Positions 25,993 to 35,157 of a stretch of DNA of 64,000 nt are shown here, in pieces. Origin of the DNA: an uncultured Bacilli bacterium (GTDB lineage: Bacteria; Bacillota_I; Bacilli_A; RF39; UBA660); assembly GCA_934098735.1 (NCBI GenBank), contig CAKOOS010000006.1:2712-66711 (forward strand), in the 5' to 3' direction. The translations under genes and the position numbers were made by a program. Below the pieces are notes generated by a model. That model saw only the letters and a program-made list of their open reading frames with translations. It did no database searches and was not told the DNA's origin. How positions within the stretch are numbered: the first letter of the stretch is position 1; each line of letters begins with the position of its first letter.

Positions 25993-27328
25993 TTTCTAAA
26001 ACATTTCCTTTTAATTGACTTTTAAAACTACTCATATTAAGTTCAAATAAAAGATTTACTGTTCCTAAGCCTCCTTTTCTGTGCTTAGCTATTATTAATT
26101 CTGCTGGCACTATTTTTTGATTAAAATCTTTAGCTTTTTCATAATAGTCTTTTCTATTTATAAATAAAACCATATCCGCATCTTGTTCCAAAGAACCAGA
26201 TTCACGTAAATCTGCAAGCATAGGTTGATTGCTTTCTCTTTTTTCGGCACTTCTGGATAATTGAGATAATGCTATAACTGGAACATTTAATTCAAGTGCC
26301 ATTGTTTTTAAAGATCTTGATATTTCTGATACTTCCACTTGTCTAGATTCAACTCTCCTTGAACCAGAACTTACTAATTGAAGATAATCTATTACAACAA
26401 GACCTAACCCATTTTCACTATTAGCAAGTCTACGACATTTAGCCCTTATTTCTTGGGCAGTTACACCAGCATTGTCTTCAATAAAAATATTAGTATCTGA
26501 TAGTTGAGATAATGCTTCATTATATCTTTTCCAATCTTTTTCTTGCATATTACCAGTTTGTAATTTATAAGCATCTATTTGACCAATTGAAGATATCATA
26601 CGATTAATAAGCATTTCTGCTGACATTTCTAAGTTAAATACTGCAACTGCCTTTTTAGTATGAGTAGCAGCATAAGATGCCATATTTAATGCAAGAGCAG
26701 TTTTTCCCATTCCAGGACGAGCTGCTAAAATAATCATTTCACCGCCTTGCAATCCTGTTGTTATTTTATCAAAATCTGGAAATCCTGTTTCTATACCAGT
26801 AATACTTTTTTTATTCTTTGCAAGTTCTTCTAATTTTGCTTGGGCTCTTCTTAAAATTTCTTGAATTGGAACAAAATCTCCAACACTTCTAGCCCTAACA
26901 ACATTAAGAATATTTTTCTCTGCATTGTCAAGCAATGAATTAACATCTTCATCATCATAAGTTTTAGTTATAATTTCACTAGCTGTATCAATTAAATTTC
27001 TTCTTATTGCATAATCTTTTACAATTTTAATATAAAAATCCAAATTAGAACTTGTAACAACAGAGTCAATAACCTCAGCAATATAATCAAGCCCTACGGC
27101 ATTTAATTTTTTATCTTTATCAAGTTCATCTTTAATAGTTGTTATGTCAATCGGAGTCTTACTCTCATGTAAGCTTTTTATTGCATTAAAAATATATCTG
27201 TTTTTTTCATCAAAAAACATATCAGCAGTTACTTCTTCAACAATTTTAGATACTTCATTATTATTTAAAAAAGCAACCCCCAAAACACTCATTTCAGCAT
27301 CTTTATTCTGAGGCATAACTCTTGCCAT
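25985..27328 (-). CDS. dnaB: replicative DNA helicase
   Basis: AEMSVLG, Walker A AARPGMGKTA, VIDYLQL and ALSQLSR. Confidence 0.93.
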   Translation of the reverse strand: MARVMPQNKDAEMSVLGVAFLNNNEVSKIVEEVTADMFFDEKNRYIFNAIKSLHESKTPIDITTIKDELDKDKKLNAVGLDYIAEVIDSVVTSSNLDFYIKIVKDYAIRRNLIDTASEIITKTYDDEDVNSLLDNAEKNILNVVRARSVGDFVPIQEILRRAQAKLEELAKNKKSITGIETGFPDFDKITTGLQGGEMIILAARPGMGKTALALNMASYAATHTKKAVAVFNLEMSAEMLINRMISSIGQIDAYKLQTGNMQEKDWKRYNEALSQLSDTNIFIEDNAGVTAQEIRAKCRRLANSENGLGLVVIDYLQLVSSGSRRVESRQVEVSEISRSLKTMALELNVPVIALSQLSRSAEKRESNQPMLADLRESGSLEQDADMVLFINRKDYYEKAKDFNQKIVPAELIIAKHRKGGLGTVNLLFELNMSSFKSQLKGNVLENE

Positions 27329-27337
27329 AAAAACCTC

Positions 27338-27778
27338 CTATTTTACTAATTCTACATTTATATTAAAAACAACTTTCTTATGTAACTCGATTGTTACTCT
27401 TGTAACACCTAAACTACTTATAGCAACATCTGTTTTTATACATTTTTTATCTATTTTATAACCCATTTCTTTTAATTTATCACTTATTTGTTTATTTGAT
27501 ATTGTACCAAACACACGATCTTGAGCACCAGTTTTAACCTTAAATGTTATAGTTTTATTTTCTAATTTTTTCTTTATATCATTTAAACTATCAACCAAAG
27601 CAGCCTCTTCTTTTTCTCTATTATCTAATTCATTTTGTAGTATTTCTCCACTTCTTTTAGTAAAGGGAACAGCTAGATTATTTTTAATTAAATAATTATT
27701 AGCATAACCATCACTAACATTTATAACAGCATCTTTTTTTCCTTTACCTTTTACATCACTTAATAAAATTACTTTCAT
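27338..27778 (-). CDS. rplI: 50S ribosomal protein L9
   Basis: MKVILLSDVKGKGKKD...GYANNYLI start. Adjacent to dnaB, as in Bacillus. Confidence 0.9.
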   Translation of the reverse strand: MKVILLSDVKGKGKKDAVINVSDGYANNYLIKNNLAVPFTKRSGEILQNELDNREKEEAALVDSLNDIKKKLENKTITFKVKTGAQDRVFGTISNKQISDKLKEMGYKIDKKCIKTDVAISSLGVTRVTIELHKKVVFNINVELVK

Positions 27779-27813
27779 AAATGCCTCCTTAAATACAATT
27801 TATTATATCATAA

Positions 27814-29193
27814 TTAGAATCTAAAATAAATGAAAGGATTATAACTTGAAGCCAAAATACATATAATACTAATTATAAATAAAATTATTAAACCAATATC
27901 TCTAACATTTTCATTTTTAGTAAATATATTTTTTAAAAGAGGTGTAGATGCAATAACACCTATAACAAAAATAATTATTGTTCTTACTTTAAATATTTGT
28001 AAATGGAAAAATATATTTATATTACCTAAACCATTAAATCCAAATAAAGATATAAAAGCTGTTTTAAGTAAATTCATATCAGTAAAATAAAATATTATAA
28101 AACTAATGACTACTAAACTCATAGTATAAAAATGTTGCCAAAAATTAGGAAGTTTTTTTAATATATCTTTTAAAGCAAATTTTTCTATGATTAAAATAAC
28201 AAAGAAATATAAGCCCCACAAAACAAAATTCCAACTAGCACCATGCCATAATCCTGTTAAAAACCAAACTATGAAAATATTAAAAATATTTCTTAATTTA
28301 CTAACCTTATTTCCACCTAAAGGAATATAAACATAATCTCTAAAAAAACTAGATAAAGATATATGCCATCTACGCCAATAATCTGTTATGCTTTTGGAAA
28401 TAAAAGGATAGTTGAAGTTTTCTAAAAAATGAAATCCCAACATTCTTCCTAAACCTATAGCCATATCACTATAACCAGAAAAATCAAAATAAATTTGTAA
28501 AGTATAACAAATTCCACCTATAAGCATGCCTAAAAAACCAATTTCAGTTAAATTGTATCCAAACAAAGTATCAGCTACATAAGCCATTTCATTAGCTATA
28601 ATTGCTTTTTTAGATAGTCCTACTATAAATCTTCTAATACCAGATGAAAAATCCTTAATACATTCTTTTCTATCACTTAATTCTTCATTTACTGTACTAT
28701 ATCTAACTATAGGGCCAGCTATAAGCTGAGGAAATGCACTAATATAACATCCTAAATTAATAATACTTTTTTGAACATCTACTTCTTTTTTATAAACATC
28801 AATAACATAAGTTAAAATTTGAAAAGTATAAAAACTAATTCCAATTGGTAAACTTAAACTTAAAAACTTTAAATTTAAATGAAATATATTATTAATATTT
28901 GCTAAGAAAAAATTAGAATATTTAAATAAAAACAATAAACCAATATTAAATATAATATCTATTACTAAATACATTTTTCTTTTAGAACTTTTATCCATCA
29001 AAATAGCAATAAAATAATTAATTACTATTGATAAAATCATAAGAAGTACATATATAGGTTCGCCATAACCATAAAAGAAAAGAGAAAATAATAACAATAC
29101 TAAATTACGGTTTTTCCTTTTTTTAGGAATAAAATAACAAAGTAAAAACAAAGGTAAAAAACCAAATAAGAATATTAAGCTAGAAAAAACCAT
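27814..29193 (-). CDS. MBOAT-family membrane O-acyltransferase (AlgI/DltB/PatA-like)
   Basis: Polytopic. It carries the signature YWRRWHISLSSFFRDYVYIPLGGN. Confidence 0.85.
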   Translation of the reverse strand: MVFSSLIFLFGFLPLFLLCYFIPKKRKNRNLVLLLFSLFFYGYGEPIYVLLMILSIVINYFIAILMDKSSKRKMYLVIDIIFNIGLLFLFKYSNFFLANINNIFHLNLKFLSLSLPIGISFYTFQILTYVIDVYKKEVDVQKSIINLGCYISAFPQLIAGPIVRYSTVNEELSDRKECIKDFSSGIRRFIVGLSKKAIIANEMAYVADTLFGYNLTEIGFLGMLIGGICYTLQIYFDFSGYSDMAIGLGRMLGFHFLENFNYPFISKSITDYWRRWHISLSSFFRDYVYIPLGGNKVSKLRNIFNIFIVWFLTGLWHGASWNFVLWGLYFFVILIIEKFALKDILKKLPNFWQHFYTMSLVVISFIIFYFTDMNLLKTAFISLFGFNGLGNINIFFHLQIFKVRTIIIFVIGVIASTPLLKNIFTKNENVRDIGLIILFIISIICILASSYNPFIYFRF

Positions 29194-30383
29194 TATTTAA
29201 CTCTCCCTTCAAAGTTATAGTTATATTGATCAAATAAAGTTGATCCACCATCATATAAAAATAAAACTTTATTAATATTATTTTTAGTTACATATTTTAT
29301 TAAATCAAAATTATTATTTTTATATTCATCATAGCGTAGATTTACTACATGAGTTTTATTAAAAGAAGATGCAATTAAATAATCTATTTGCCAGCTATAA
29401 GAATCACCAACAATAAGTAAGTTATCTTTAGTATCATCATTATAATCATAAACAACATTTCCATATTGGCCATTAAAATAAGAAACATAATAATCATAAT
29501 ATTTATAGCTACGATCAAAACGTATTTCACGTGGCTTAAATAATTCATCTTTTTCTTTGCCATTTAATGAAACATTATAATTTAAATCTAAATCTATATC
29601 ACTTATATAATCAAATATTAAATCATTTAAAGCTGTTTTAGCTAAAGAACCATAATATTTTCTTTCTTTATGTTCAGTAATATTTAAATTATCTACTTTT
29701 GAAATATTTAGCATATCAGTAATATCTTCGTATCCTTTAAGGGCTCCATTTATAGTCCAGTGATGATCCGTTTTATAAAAATATTTTTTATAATTATCTA
29801 TTGTATCAACATTCATTACTTTTACTTTAATATTTTCATTTAATTTGTTTACAAATTCTTCAGTATATTTAGATAAATTATTCGTTTTTAATGTGGTAAA
29901 TTCATATCTAGTAGGTATATAAATATATAAGTCTATACCTTTTTTACTTAATTCATTAAAAAAATCAACTTGTCTATTTAATCTTTCTTCTAAATCTTTA
30001 TCAGAATATTTATTCTCTAAAAAATAAAATTCATTATTCTTATCATAAAAAACATATTCACCATCACTATTAGTTCTAATAGGTACTTCATTAAAAACTA
30101 ATTTATTAGTATAAAAATTAAAATTTTGATAAAATGTATTCAAGGTTTGATAAAAAGGAAAATAATTTGTTATTCTATTTTCGACAGCATTTTCTATTCT
30201 TCCAATTTTATTATTAATCTTATCCACAAAATTTTTTTCAGTTTTTGCATTATAACTTACCCAGTTATCTTTATTTACCTCTAAATGTTGAACTTTGCTT
30301 ATGGCAAAATTAATTGGCAAAGCTAAAAAAACTCCAAAAACTACAAACAAAAAAACTTCAATAATTATTTTATCTCTTTTCAT
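29193..30383 (-). CDS. DHHW-family (AlgJ/AlgX-like SGNH) extracytoplasmic acyltransferase partner
   Basis: N-terminal anchor and the literal motif YKTDHHWTINGA. Its start shares one base (29193) with the MBOAT stop codon. Confidence 0.7.
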   Translation of the reverse strand: MKRDKIIIEVFLFVVFGVFLALPINFAISKVQHLEVNKDNWVSYNAKTEKNFVDKINNKIGRIENAVENRITNYFPFYQTLNTFYQNFNFYTNKLVFNEVPIRTNSDGEYVFYDKNNEFYFLENKYSDKDLEERLNRQVDFFNELSKKGIDLYIYIPTRYEFTTLKTNNLSKYTEEFVNKLNENIKVKVMNVDTIDNYKKYFYKTDHHWTINGALKGYEDITDMLNISKVDNLNITEHKERKYYGSLAKTALNDLIFDYISDIDLDLNYNVSLNGKEKDELFKPREIRFDRSYKYYDYYVSYFNGQYGNVVYDYNDDTKDNLLIVGDSYSWQIDYLIASSFNKTHVVNLRYDEYKNNNFDLIKYVTKNNINKVLFLYDGGSTLFDQYNYNFEGRVK

Positions 30384-30425
30384 ATATTTCTCCTATATAA
30401 TTTTAACAAAATAATTTATTAAAGT

Positions 30426-31532
30426 CTATATTTGCTTATTTTTTCTATTCAAAGATAACTGAGGTGATACTGATAATAATTCTTCTTTACTAATTCCAAA
30501 ATATTTTACAAATTGATTGTTTCCTATAAAAAGTAATCTATAATTATCATCAGTAATATTTATTTTTATTTCTTTCGTTAAATAGTTATATCTTGCATAA
30601 TTCAATTTCGTACTTTGCATAAGCTGTCTAGCTTCTTTTAGCACAACAAACTTTAAATTAGTTTCCTCATAAAAATTTAATTTTTGCCAAATAGCATCAG
30701 TACTAAACCCTAAAATGCCAGAAAACTGCACAATTATATCAATTATTTCATTCATAGAATAACCAAACTGAAGAAAAATATCTATTTTTAAAGAAATATT
30801 ATCTTCACTTAAACTAAAAATATTTGGAAAATCAATAATTATTTTTTTTATATCAATAGTATTTACTCCCAAATTTTCAAAATATTTTATCTTTTGCTCC
30901 AAGTTACTCTCAGATAAACAAAATAAATTAGAAGATTTGGTAGTAATTTTTCTTACATCTTGTTTTGTAAATCCCATATTTTCAAAATAGCTAAACTTAT
31001 CATTTAAATAACTTTCACTAAGTCCATACAAAGATGGTAAATTTTTTGTCATTTTTATTATATCTTCATTTGAATAATTTAAACTTTTAAAATATAAAAA
31101 TTTATTTTTAATACTCTCTGTTTTAAGTCCCAATATCAACGGATATTTTATTATAATTTTAAAAACATCGTCGTTATATCCTAATTTTTTTAAAAATTCA
31201 ATTTTTTGATTTATGACCTTAATATTGTAACCAAGTATGCAAGGAAAATTCTTGACAATATTTAATACATTTTTTCTAGAAAAACCGAAGCTATATAAAT
31301 TATTTAATTTAATTAGAATATTATTCGAACTAAGAGTTATAGAAGTCGGAAAAGATATAATAATCTTTCTAGAATCCTCATTTGTATATCCTAGAGAAAG
31401 AAAAAAATCAAAACAATCTACAAATCTTTGTTCTAAAGAATTAATATTCATATTGTAAATTGGATAAGTATTCATTATAGAATTATAATCATTTTGAGAA
31501 AATCCATATTTTAAAAAAAGTTCATTTAACAT
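30426..31532 (-). CDS. mTERF-repeat protein
   Basis: About 9 tandem repeats of roughly 33-35 aa of the form F(L/F)xxLG(Y/F)(S/T)xxD(I/V)xKIIxxxPxI(L/F)xLSxxxLxxK. GGGGG RBS. Confidence 0.6.
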   Translation of the reverse strand: MLNELFLKYGFSQNDYNSIMNTYPIYNMNINSLEQRFVDCFDFFLSLGYTNEDSRKIIISFPTSITLSSNNILIKLNNLYSFGFSRKNVLNIVKNFPCILGYNIKVINQKIEFLKKLGYNDDVFKIIIKYPLILGLKTESIKNKFLYFKSLNYSNEDIIKMTKNLPSLYGLSESYLNDKFSYFENMGFTKQDVRKITTKSSNLFCLSESNLEQKIKYFENLGVNTIDIKKIIIDFPNIFSLSEDNISLKIDIFLQFGYSMNEIIDIIVQFSGILGFSTDAIWQKLNFYEETNLKFVVLKEARQLMQSTKLNYARYNYLTKEIKINITDDNYRLLFIGNNQFVKYFGISKEELLSVSPQLSLNRKNKQI

Positions 31533-31552
31533 TTACTATTCCCCCTTGAAGT

Positions 31553-31576
31553 AAAAAAACAAGATTTCTCTTGTTT
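31553..31576 (-). terminator. terminator after rpsR
   Basis: Stem aaacaaga/tcttgttt with a 4-nt loop overlaps the stop, with a T-run on the minus strand. Confidence 0.65.
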
Positions 31577-31790
31577 ATTTAACGTATGGTATTAAAGCCA
31601 TAAATCTTGCATATTTAATTTGTTCAGCAATATGTCTTTGATGTTTTGCACATGCGCCAGTCATTCTTCTAGGTAATATTTTACCTTTATCATTTATGTA
31701 TTTATTCATTATCATAACATCTTTATAATCTACACTTTTTCCAGCACACATTTGACATATTTTTTTCTTTTTACGATAAAATTCTGCCAT
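31575..31790 (-). CDS. rpsR: 30S ribosomal protein S18
   Basis: ...CQMCAGKSVDYKDV...KILPRRMTG.CAKHQR...IKYARFMALIPY. Confidence 0.93.
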   Translation of the reverse strand: MAEFYRKKKKICQMCAGKSVDYKDVMIMNKYINDKGKILPRRMTGACAKHQRHIAEQIKYARFMALIPYVK

Positions 31791-31805
31791 TATATATCCT
31801 CCTTT

Positions 31806-32279
31806 TTAAAATGGTAAATCATCACTACTTAAAGTAAATTCATCTCCAAAATCTTTATAAGGATCTTCACTAATATCAGTTGTTTCAATATTATTTGCTG
31901 TAGGTTCAGGGCTATAAGCTGAAGTATTATTACTTGATGCAAAATTTGTATTTCCAGCATCAGTTCTACTACCTAAAAATTCAAAATTGTCAACAATTAC
32001 GTCTGTAGTATATCTTTTACTACCATCTTGAGCATCATAACTACTATTTCTAATTCTACCTTGAACTAAAACCAATTGTCCTTTGTGACAATATTTATTA
32101 ATAGTTTGTGCACTACGATTAAAAGCTACACAATTTATAAACTCAGTTTCTCTTTCACCATCACGGCTAACAAAATCGCTTTGACAAGCTAGTGAAAATC
32201 TAGAAATTTCCATATTATTTTGAGTCATTCTTGATTCTGGATCTCTTGTAAAACGTCCAGTTAAAATTACTTTGTTCAT
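31806..32279 (-). CDS. ssb: single-stranded DNA-binding protein
   Basis: MNKVILTGRFTRDPE OB fold and a C-terminal DDLPF tip. Confidence 0.93.
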   Translation of the reverse strand: MNKVILTGRFTRDPESRMTQNNMEISRFSLACQSDFVSRDGERETEFINCVAFNRSAQTINKYCHKGQLVLVQGRIRNSSYDAQDGSKRYTTDVIVDNFEFLGSRTDAGNTNFASSNNTSAYSPEPTANNIETTDISEDPYKDFGDEFTLSSDDLPF

Positions 32280-32281
32280 TC

Positions 32282-32572
32282 CTATTCTCCTTCTACTTTA
32301 ATGATTAAATGTCTTAAAACATCTTCATTAATAGAAACTTTACGATCAAATTCAGAAATTGTTTCATGATCAGCTTCAACAGTCATAACATAGTAATATC
32401 CACTAACTTCTTTCTTAATAGGATAAGCTAATTTCTTTCTACCCATTTCTTTGAATTCGATAACCTTAGATGGTTTTTTGTTTATAAGTTTTTGTAAATC
32501 TTCACTAGTTTTTTTAATTTTATCTTCTTCCATAGTAGACTTAACTATAAACATAATTTCATATTTAGTCAT
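32282..32572 (-). CDS. rpsF: 30S ribosomal protein S6
   Basis: True start MTKYEIMFIV at ATG 32572, with a GGAGGTG RBS. The ORF-track N-terminal extension is translated leader. Confidence 0.9.
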   Translation of the reverse strand: MTKYEIMFIVKSTMEEDKIKKTSEDLQKLINKKPSKVIEFKEMGRKKLAYPIKKEVSGYYYVMTVEADHETISEFDRKVSINEDVLRHLIIKVEGE

Positions 32573-32669
32573 CAATTTCACCTCCTTACGGTCTTTTCGG
32601 CTTCTAAACGAAGCAAGGAGTAATTTCTTTACTCGCAAGTATTATAACAAAAATATATTCAAACATCAA
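32573..32669 (-). promoter_or_regulatory. rpsF promoter (TTGATG-17-TATAAT) plus structured leader, candidate S6:S18 autoregulatory element
   Basis: The -10 is at 32641-46 and the -35 at 32664-69 (minus strand). The leader has hairpins gagtaa/ttactc and gcttc/gaagc and two CCG triplets just before the RBS. Confidence 0.4.
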
Positions 32670-32703
32670 GATTAAAATACTATCTACTTTAAAAAAATCT
32701 ACG

Positions 32704-33378
32704 TTATTTCGTAGAATTTTTCTTGCTTTTTTTCTCAGCTTTTTCCTTAATAGTTTCTTTTTTTTCTTCTATAATAGTTACATCTTCAGATTCAACATCA
32801 ATTACTTTAGTACCAGCTAATAAATCATGAAGTCCTCTATTATCTTTTCTTAAAACCATCATGATAATTAAGATCATGTATATTGTTGATTGAAGCATAT
32901 TTACTATATAAGTAAAGTAATAAAAGTTTGATCCCTTAAGAATATAAACCGCAATCATATTTATAACTGTAAAAAATATATTATTTAAAATTAATGTTCT
33001 AAGAAAATAGTTTCCAAAATTTAATTTTTTGCCATTATTACTTACAACTTTAATTTTTAAAACTTTTTTACCAACGGTTTGACCATTCATAACCATTTGT
33101 AGAATTCCAAAATAACCAACTAAAGAAATAACACTAATAATATTACTTACCACACGATATTTATATATATCATAATTTAACTCAATTATTCTATCTTTAT
33201 AATCTACACTGTTTTCATTTTGAGCATCAGAAACAATATCTAAATACTCATTATATGATTTTTCGTAATCTTTTTTATAAGGATCAATTCGTGGTATCAT
33301 TGATATAGCACTAACGACAACAGTTACTATTAAAATATCAATTATATAAGCCACGATTCTTTTTAAACATGTATCCAT
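32704..33378 (-). CDS. RDD-family membrane protein
   Basis: RIVAYIIDILIV..., GQTVGKKVLKIKVV... and RGLHDLLAGTKVI, as in RDD domains. Confidence 0.7.
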   Translation of the reverse strand: MDTCLKRIVAYIIDILIVTVVVSAISMIPRIDPYKKDYEKSYNEYLDIVSDAQNENSVDYKDRIIELNYDIYKYRVVSNIISVISLVGYFGILQMVMNGQTVGKKVLKIKVVSNNGKKLNFGNYFLRTLILNNIFFTVINMIAVYILKGSNFYYFTYIVNMLQSTIYMILIIMMVLRKDNRGLHDLLAGTKVIDVESEDVTIIEEKKETIKEKAEKKSKKNSTK

Positions 33379-33385
33379 AAATCTC

Positions 33386-34036
33386 CTAATCTTTATTATT
33401 ATTAAATAACTCTAATATTTGTAAAAATATATTAATAAAATCCAAATAAAGTTGTAAAGCTCCATAAATAGCTAAATTATCTGCAGGTAAATTAGTATCA
33501 CTTAAAGCCTTTATTTTTTGAACATCATAAGCAGTTACTCCTAAAAATAGGATTAAACAAACAACAGATAAAACAATATCTAAAACTGTATTACCCATAA
33601 AAACATTAATTACAGATAATATAATTACTCCAAGTATTCCAATTAAAAAATAAAAGCCTATTTTAGTTAAATCCACCTTTGTATTATAACCTATACAAGC
33701 CATAACTCCAAAAATAACTGCACCAAGCAAGAAAACAATTAAAATTGAAGTTAGTTCATAATAAACAAATATTGATGAAAAAGTAAGTCCACTTACAAAC
33801 GAATATAATATAAAACATACTTTTGCTGAAGTAGGACTCATTTTCATTACTCTAGCAGATAAAACAATAACCAAAATAAATTCTAAAACTATAAATACCC
33901 AAAAAGCATTTCCAAATACATTAGATAACATATTAGCATTTTGAGCAACAGCATATCCAGTAACAAACGTTACTAATAAGCCAATACACATCCATACAAA
34001 TGAATTACTTATAACTTTATTACCTTCCATATTCAC
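33386..34036 (-). CDS. Bax-inhibitor-1/YccA-family membrane protein
   Basis: 7 TM helices and a C-terminal YGALQLYLDFINIFLQILELF. Confidence 0.8.
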   Translation of the reverse strand: MNMEGNKVISNSFVWMCIGLLVTFVTGYAVAQNANMLSNVFGNAFWVFIVLEFILVIVLSARVMKMSPTSAKVCFILYSFVSGLTFSSIFVYYELTSILIVFLLGAVIFGVMACIGYNTKVDLTKIGFYFLIGILGVIILSVINVFMGNTVLDIVLSVVCLILFLGVTAYDVQKIKALSDTNLPADNLAIYGALQLYLDFINIFLQILELFNNNKD

Positions 34037-34045
34037 TCTCCTTTA

Positions 34046-35146
34046 TTAAACATTAAATCGGAAATAACAAATATCTCCATCATTAATTATATACTCTTTT
34101 CCTTCAATTCGCAACTTACCGGCATCACGAACATTTTTTTCAGAGCCAAGAACTTCTAAATCAGTAAAACTCATTACTTCTGCTCTTATAAAACCTCTCA
34201 TAATATCACTATGAATTAATCCAGCACATGCTGGAGCTTTCATACCCTTTTTAAAAGTCCAAGCTCTAACTTCATCCGGACCTGCAGTAAAAAATGTAGC
34301 TAATCCAAGAAGATCATAAGTTGCAAATATTAATTTATCCAAACCACTATTTTTAATGCCTACTTCTTCTAAAAACATTTTCTTTTCTTCATCTTCCAAA
34401 CCTGCTAAATCTGCTTCAAGCTTTGAGCACATAACGATAACTCCAGCTCCTTCACTATTAGCATAATCTTTTACTTTTTTAGAATATTCATTATCACCAA
34501 CAGCAACATCATCTTCTTCTACATTAGCAACATAAATAATTGGTTTAAGAGTTAAAAAACTAAAGTTTTTAATAATTTTTAATTCGTCTTTATCAAAACT
34601 AAGTCTTCTAAGTGGAACATTTGCTTCTAAAGATTTTTGACATTTTTTTAAAACATTTAATTCAGCTAAAGCTTCTTTATCTTTTGTTGTAATTGCTTTT
34701 TTTTCAATTTTTTCAATTCTATTAGAAACAACATCTAAATCAGCTAATACAAGTTCAATGTTAATAACTTCAATATCACTAACAGGATCCACTTTACCAG
34801 TAACATGCGTTACATTTGGATCATTAAAACATCTAACAACTTCAACTATAGCATCACACTCTCTTATATGTGATAGAAACTTATTCCCAAGTCCTTCACC
34901 ATGAGATGCCCCAGCTACTAAACCAGCAATATCTGTAAATTCAAATGTTGTTGGAACTACACTTTTAGGATTATACATATTTTTTAAATAATCAATTCTT
35001 TTATCTGGAACAAATACTATTCCAACATTTGGTTCTATAGTAGCAAATGGATAATTTGCTGCTAAAATATTTTGCTTTGTAATAGCATTAAATAATGTTG
35101 ATTTTCCAACATTTGGAAGGCCAACTATGCCTGCTTTTAAACTCAT
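34046..35146 (-). CDS. ychF: redox-regulated ATPase YchF
   Basis: GIVGLPNVGKSTLFNA, DIAGLV and a C-terminal TGS domain (FFTAGPDEVRAWT). Confidence 0.93.
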   Translation of the reverse strand: MSLKAGIVGLPNVGKSTLFNAITKQNILAANYPFATIEPNVGIVFVPDKRIDYLKNMYNPKSVVPTTFEFTDIAGLVAGASHGEGLGNKFLSHIRECDAIVEVVRCFNDPNVTHVTGKVDPVSDIEVINIELVLADLDVVSNRIEKIEKKAITTKDKEALAELNVLKKCQKSLEANVPLRRLSFDKDELKIIKNFSFLTLKPIIYVANVEEDDVAVGDNEYSKKVKDYANSEGAGVIVMCSKLEADLAGLEDEEKKMFLEEVGIKNSGLDKLIFATYDLLGLATFFTAGPDEVRAWTFKKGMKAPACAGLIHSDIMRGFIRAEVMSFTDLEVLGSEKNVRDAGKLRIEGKEYIINDGDICYFRFNV

Positions 35147-35157
35147 ATAATATCCCC

